NCBI GenBank assembly: GCA_021786945.1
Contig: JAJYMK010000003.1
Location: forward strand, 240,361-304,360
Reading direction: 5' to 3'
Length of the DNA stretch: 64,000 bases
From: a bacterium
GTDB taxonomy: Bacteria > Patescibacteriota > Minisyncoccia > UBA6257 > 02-FULL-45-10c
Part shown: piece after piece, positions 59,569-64,000 of the stretch
How the letters are laid out: each line of letters opens with the position of its first letter
How positions within the stretch are numbered: the first letter of the stretch is position 1
Notes under the pieces: generated by a model
Told to the model about the DNA's origin: nothing
Seen by the model: the letters and a program-made list of their open reading frames with translations, nothing else
Databases searched by the model: none
Program-made: the position numbers and the translations under genes

Positions 59569-60807
59569 TTATTCATATCTAAGAGCCTCAATCGGACTCT
59601 TTTTGGCGGCCTGCCTAGCAGGATAAATTCCAAAAATTATACCGACAAGAGCCGATATTCCCAATCCAAGAATAATGGCCAATGTTGGCAAATAAAAAGT
59701 CCAGGAAAGATGCAGTGCAAAAGTTAAAATCAAAGAAACAAAAAAAGAAAAACTCAGACCCAAAGCCACGCCTATAATTCCGCCGAGCGTAGTTAAAATT
59801 GTAGCCTCAAAAAGAAAATGAAGGAGAATGTCTCTATCGGTTGCACCGAGAGATTTTCTAAGACCTATTTCCCTGGTTCTTTCGGTTACCGATACCAACA
59901 TAATATTCATAATTCCTACGCCACCAACTATCAAAGATATTGCGGCAACTAAAGCTAAAAATAAAGTAAAAATACTTGTTACTGCGCCAACCATGCTTGC
60001 GGCCTGGGCCTGAGTCTGTACCGTAAAATCATCTTTTTCCGGATCGGTAATATCATGATTATTTCTTAAAGTTCTTGTTATATCAGCAGCTGTTTCGCTG
60101 ATGTCGGCCTCCTTATCAGCTTCAACTATTATTCTATTGAAATATTTTATACCAAAAATATATTGCTGAGCGGTAGTAAAAGGTATAATTACGGCCTCGT
60201 CAAAATTAACAAAAGACGAACTGCCATTTTTTCCAAGAATACCAATAATCCTAAAATTTTTATTTCGAATCTTTACTTTTTCATTTAGACCGCCACCCCC
60301 GGGAAATAATTCGTCTCTCACGCTGGAACCTATTATTGCCACATCGGCATAGCTCGAAACCTCCTCATCGGTAAAAATTCTTCCCTCTGTCGGATAGATA
60401 TTAAAAATTTTTGCAAAAAAAGCAGAGGCTCCGAAAATAGTAGGTCTATATCCTTCGTTTTCATAAGAAACAGGCGCGGTTCCAAAAACAATAGGCATAA
60501 TAGTATCGGCGTAAGGAACATTGGATTTATTTTTTAAATCTTCATAATCTTTTATTTTTAAAGAATCAGACATTGAAGCCATCATGCCAGAAATACCGCC
60601 GGATAATTTACCGGGGATTACCGCTATTGTTTTTGAACCAACGCTCTGAACCTGGCTCAAAATAAGATTTTGAGCTCCTTCGCCTAAAGACATAATTAAA
60701 ATAATAGAGGCAATTCCAATTACGATTCCTAAAACAGTAAGTCCGGACCGGGATCTATTTGCCAAAAGACCATTCGAAGCGGTTTTCAAAAGATGAGTAA
60801 TTTTCAT
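59569..60807 (-). CDS. MacB/FtsX-type ABC transporter permease (copy 1)
   Basis: Same motifs as copy 2; tandem paralogue. Confidence 0.93.
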   Translation of the reverse strand: MKITHLLKTASNGLLANRSRSGLTVLGIVIGIASIILIMSLGEGAQNLILSQVQSVGSKTIAVIPGKLSGGISGMMASMSDSLKIKDYEDLKNKSNVPYADTIMPIVFGTAPVSYENEGYRPTIFGASAFFAKIFNIYPTEGRIFTDEEVSSYADVAIIGSSVRDELFPGGGGLNEKVKIRNKNFRIIGILGKNGSSSFVNFDEAVIIPFTTAQQYIFGIKYFNRIIVEADKEADISETAADITRTLRNNHDITDPEKDDFTVQTQAQAASMVGAVTSIFTLFLALVAAISLIVGGVGIMNIMLVSVTERTREIGLRKSLGATDRDILLHFLFEATILTTLGGIIGVALGLSFSFFVSLILTFALHLSWTFYLPTLAIILGLGISALVGIIFGIYPARQAAKKSPIEALRYE

Positions 60808-60812
60808 GCCTA

Positions 60813-61529
60813 TTATTTTTTAAAATCATCAAAGTGCCTGCGGTGCTCAACTTTAAAATCTGCCTCAATTTTTCCGTCTTTTACCCTTATTATTCTTTGG
60901 GCATGTTCAGCTGTATAAGTTTCATGAGTAACCAAAACAACGGTATGTCCTAATTCTTCATTTAACTTCCTAATTATTTCCATTACTATTTGTCCTGATT
61001 TAGAGTCTAAATTTCCGGTGGGTTCATCGGCAAAAATAACTTGAGGATTGAGGATTAAGGCTCTTGCTATGGCCACGCGCTGTTTTTCTCCTCCGGACAA
61101 TTGAGAAGAATCATGGTTTATACGATGTCCAAGTCCTACCGAATTTATAGCTTCAGTAGCTAATTTATCCCATTGAGATTCGTCTATATCAGAATATAAA
61201 AGCGGTAACTTAACATTCTCCAGGACGCTTGTTCTGGGCAAAAGATTAAATGCTTGAAAAATAAAGCCCATTTCTTTATTCCTTACTTTCGCAACCTCCT
61301 CTTTTGAATAGTCGCTTAAATACTTGCCATTAAATTTATACTCGCCCGAAGTTGGTAAATCCAAAAAACCAAGCACATGAAGAAGTGTTGATTTTCCGCT
61401 ACCCGAAGGACCCATTATGGCGACAAACTCCCCCTTATCTATACACAAAGAAACTTTATTTAAAGCTATTGTCGGCTCTCCTCCATCTTCATATTTTTTG
61501 ACTATATCTTTTAGCTCTATTAACGCCAT
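60813..61529 (-). CDS. ABC transporter ATP-binding protein (MacB/LolD type)
   Basis: GPSGSGKST, LSGGEKQR, ADEPTGNLD. Confidence 0.95.
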   Translation of the reverse strand: MALIELKDIVKKYEDGGEPTIALNKVSLCIDKGEFVAIMGPSGSGKSTLLHVLGFLDLPTSGEYKFNGKYLSDYSKEEVAKVRNKEMGFIFQAFNLLPRTSVLENVKLPLLYSDIDESQWDKLATEAINSVGLGHRINHDSSQLSGGEKQRVAIARALILNPQVIFADEPTGNLDSKSGQIVMEIIRKLNEELGHTVVLVTHETYTAEHAQRIIRVKDGKIEADFKVEHRRHFDDFKK

Positions 61530-61530
61530 A

Positions 61531-63081
61531 TTATAAACTTGGGGAATTTATTATTTTTTGGCCCTCATTAAGACCAGAAACTATTTCTATATTTCCGTCA
61601 GAACCCTTTAAGCCAGTCTCGATCCTAAGCTCTTCTGGGGTTTGTTTGCCGGTATCAATCAAAACAATTCTTTCTTCACCCCTGGATACAACAGCTCTTT
61701 GAGGAATGAATAATACATTCTCCTTTTTCTGCGCAAGAATATCTATATTTGCAGTCATACCCGGCTTAACCATATCTTCTTTTTTATCAAACTGTAATGT
61801 GGTTTTATAAGTTGCCACGCCTTCAATAACTGTTTCAGCGGGATCGATAGAAACCACGTGAGCACTAAAAATAACTCCGCTTCCATAAGCATCTAATGTA
61901 ATTGAGGCGGAATTTCCAATAGCTATCTTTGCAATGTCGGCCTCTGGAACATTAACTTCGATTTCATATTGACCACTACTTATAACCGACGCTATTACAG
62001 AGTTAGCCGCTACAATCTCGCCAATTTTTGCATCCTGCCTTGTAACAACACCGTCTATAGGAGAACGCAAAACAGTTTGTGCAATTTGAGCATTATATGT
62101 ATCAATGTCTGCTCGCATCTTTTCCACCTGAGCTTCTTGAGCCGTAATTTGCTCTGCTACAGTACCAGCTTTTTCTAAAACTAATTGATTTTCTTGAAGT
62201 TCTAAATTTGATTTAGCCGATCTATAACTTTCATACGCCGAAGACAACGAGGAGATAGCCAAACCAATGTTTGTCCTAGCAGAAGCGATATCTGTTTTAT
62301 ATCCAGTAATTGTTGTTTGGGATAAATTCGCCGTAGAAGTAAGGCTGTTTACGGCTAAAGAAACTTTATCCAAAAAATTTTTTACAGAATCCAAATTTTT
62401 ATTGGCAAGAGAATCAGCAGCATCTAAATCACTATTAACTGATAAAGAATTCAAAAAATTATTCCAATCAATTAAAATACCTTCGAGAATATACCTTCCC
62501 CACTCTATATCATTTTTTAACTGACCATCAGCCAGTGTGAAATTAAGCGTGGGATTTGTACTTTTTGGATTATTAACAAACTGATCAACTTTATTTCTTA
62601 TTGCATCATCAGACTTGGTAAAAGCGTCTGTCAAAGAATTTATCAATATTTTTTTTGTATCATCCAAAGCAGTTTTTGCGCTGGCAACATTTGTTTCTTG
62701 AATCTGTATTTCTTCCGGTCTGGTACCTTTTTTAAGCTCATCTAACTTTGCTTCCTGGATTCTTAGACCAGCCTGCGCACCAGCTAATTGAGCCGAGAGC
62801 TCTGAACTATCCAATCTTACCAAAATTCCATTTTTTGTAACCAAATCACCAACTTTAACATTTATTTGAGACACCTTCCCCGTTCTTTGAAAAGCCAAGT
62901 CCACATCATCTACGGGCTTTATTTTACCGGTAACGCTCACCTCCTGCATAACTTCACCGCGTTTAACCTCAACGTACTCATAGGAAGATTTTTTTGAACC
63001 GCCGAAAATCAAATATCCAAAAATTATTATTAAAATAATTCCGCCGATAATATAAATCTGTTTTTTTGTTAATTTCGTCAT
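61531..63081 (-). CDS. Efflux periplasmic adaptor (MacA/HlyD family) with long helical hairpin
   Basis: TM anchor, GKVSQINVKVGD, SPIDGVV, VKPGMTANI, EIVSGLNEG. Confidence 0.9.
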   Translation of the reverse strand: MTKLTKKQIYIIGGIILIIIFGYLIFGGSKKSSYEYVEVKRGEVMQEVSVTGKIKPVDDVDLAFQRTGKVSQINVKVGDLVTKNGILVRLDSSELSAQLAGAQAGLRIQEAKLDELKKGTRPEEIQIQETNVASAKTALDDTKKILINSLTDAFTKSDDAIRNKVDQFVNNPKSTNPTLNFTLADGQLKNDIEWGRYILEGILIDWNNFLNSLSVNSDLDAADSLANKNLDSVKNFLDKVSLAVNSLTSTANLSQTTITGYKTDIASARTNIGLAISSLSSAYESYRSAKSNLELQENQLVLEKAGTVAEQITAQEAQVEKMRADIDTYNAQIAQTVLRSPIDGVVTRQDAKIGEIVAANSVIASVISSGQYEIEVNVPEADIAKIAIGNSASITLDAYGSGVIFSAHVVSIDPAETVIEGVATYKTTLQFDKKEDMVKPGMTANIDILAQKKENVLFIPQRAVVSRGEERIVLIDTGKQTPEELRIETGLKGSDGNIEIVSGLNEGQKIINSPSL

Positions 63082-63114
63082 ATATATATTATAACAAAAT
63101 TATGTTTTTAAAAT

Positions 63115-63147
63115 AAAAATCCCCTTATTCAAAAAGAATAAGGGGAT
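63115..63147 (-). terminator. Intrinsic terminator
   Basis: ATCCCCTTATTC/GAATAAGGGGAT then U-tract on the minus strand. Confidence 0.85.
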
Positions 63148-63152
63148 ACTAT

Positions 63153-64000
63153 TTAATGCCGGCAAAGTCCTTCGAGGAACTCGAAGTGCCATCTTGCCTT
63201 TCTTTTTTCTTCAGTTGTTCCGCATTTTTCCACTACCGCCAGCGCTTTTTTGGCACCAATAAGCATAAAATGCGGGTTCCAAAAACCTCTGCTTATCCAC
63301 CACCAATGGCAAGAATTCACCATCTTCAGGCACTGATGTATAGCTTCCGGCCTATCAGAATATTTCAAGGCCATATACACCAGGTCCCAGAAAATAAGAT
63401 GATTTCCGTTATATTTGGATTTCCACAAAGGAAAAGGATCATTATTGTAAAGATCTTCGTAGCTGGTTGACCAACTAGAATCCCTTATTTCACTATTTTC
63501 CCTATGCGGAAAAAGATCCGAAAGCTCTTCGAATCTGGTAACTACTTTCCCGCTCCCCCAATTTTGTATCAAGGGAAAAAGAAACGATTCGGAAAGTCCG
63601 GGAACGTGATGACCAAAAGTCTCGGCATCCATAGCTATTACCAGATAGCTGGCTGCGTCACCGGTCCATCCGGAAAACTCAGTTTTAAGCTTTTCAGAAA
63701 ATTCCCAGAAGTTCAGGTGATTATCCCAGACGTATTTACTCCAGTAGGAAGACCGCAGAAAGACCGAGTAACCCTGATAGCTAGTGATGTAATCAAAAGG
63801 AATTTTATCAGGCAATACCGCCACGTCTTCAATTACAGTCCACTTAAAACCCAGCCTGTTCATCAAATGCAGAGATTTCTTGCTGAAAGCCATTTCCGGG
63901 AAAAAGAAGCCTTTTGAATTAGCTGCAATTCCCAAAAATTTCTTTTTACAATAATCTTCGGCGATTTGAATTCCGGCGTGCTTTACAGGAATGAGCGGAA
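63153..64000 (-). CDS. Glycoside hydrolase family 57 protein (5' end outside window)
   Basis: Frame stays open to the window edge (PLIP...); FFPEMA nucleophile region, MDAETFGHH, SSW, SCHWWW. Confidence 0.75.
   Translation of the reverse strand, partial: PLIPVKHAGIQIAEDYCKKKFLGIAANSKGFFFPEMAFSKKSLHLMNRLGFKWTVIEDVAVLPDKIPFDYITSYQGYSVFLRSSYWSKYVWDNHLNFWEFSEKLKTEFSGWTGDAASYLVIAMDAETFGHHVPGLSESFLFPLIQNWGSGKVVTRFEELSDLFPHRENSEIRDSSWSTSYEDLYNNDPFPLWKSKYNGNHLIFWDLVYMALKYSDRPEAIHQCLKMVNSCHWWWISRGFWNPHFMLIGAKKALAVVEKCGTTEEKRKARWHFEFLEGLCRH

Overview
An AT-rich, gene-dense bacterial chromosome segment with most genes on the minus strand. Gene content and architecture point to Patescibacteria/CPR, Parcubacteria-like (inference): RpoA lacks its C-terminal domain, AlaRS/ProRS/ThrRS and SMC are shortened, there are several pilins, and lipid-synthesis genes are absent from otherwise conserved operons. 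Core content includes mreB-mreC-mreD-pbp2, a second mreB, murA, the alpha ribosomal operon joined to rplM-rpsI, alaS, proS, thrS, gatB, smc, rnc, nusB, dnaE, gyrB, secE-nusG-rplK, a glycerate kinase/PEP synthase/D-2-hydroxyacid dehydrogenase/enolase/gpsA cluster and a MacAB-type exporter. I saw no rRNA, tRNA, CRISPR array, integrase or transposase. Main unexplained signals: (1) About ten short ORFan units scattered among core genes share one expression grammar: TTGnnn-N16-18-TAnnnT promoter, a boxA-like motif starting 6-9 nt after the -10, a strong Shine-Dalgarno and an intrinsic terminator. Core genes instead use SD-less short leaders. (2) Three pilin genes share a ~200-aa constant region of atypical codon composition fused to unrelated tip domains. 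(3) A 132-bp element with perfect 20-bp inverted repeats sits on the start codon of the dehydrogenase gene. (4) There are structured leaders upstream of rnc and rmuC. (5) There is a stand-alone sigma-70 region 4 protein. All motif and structure calls were made by eye and need computational confirmation.
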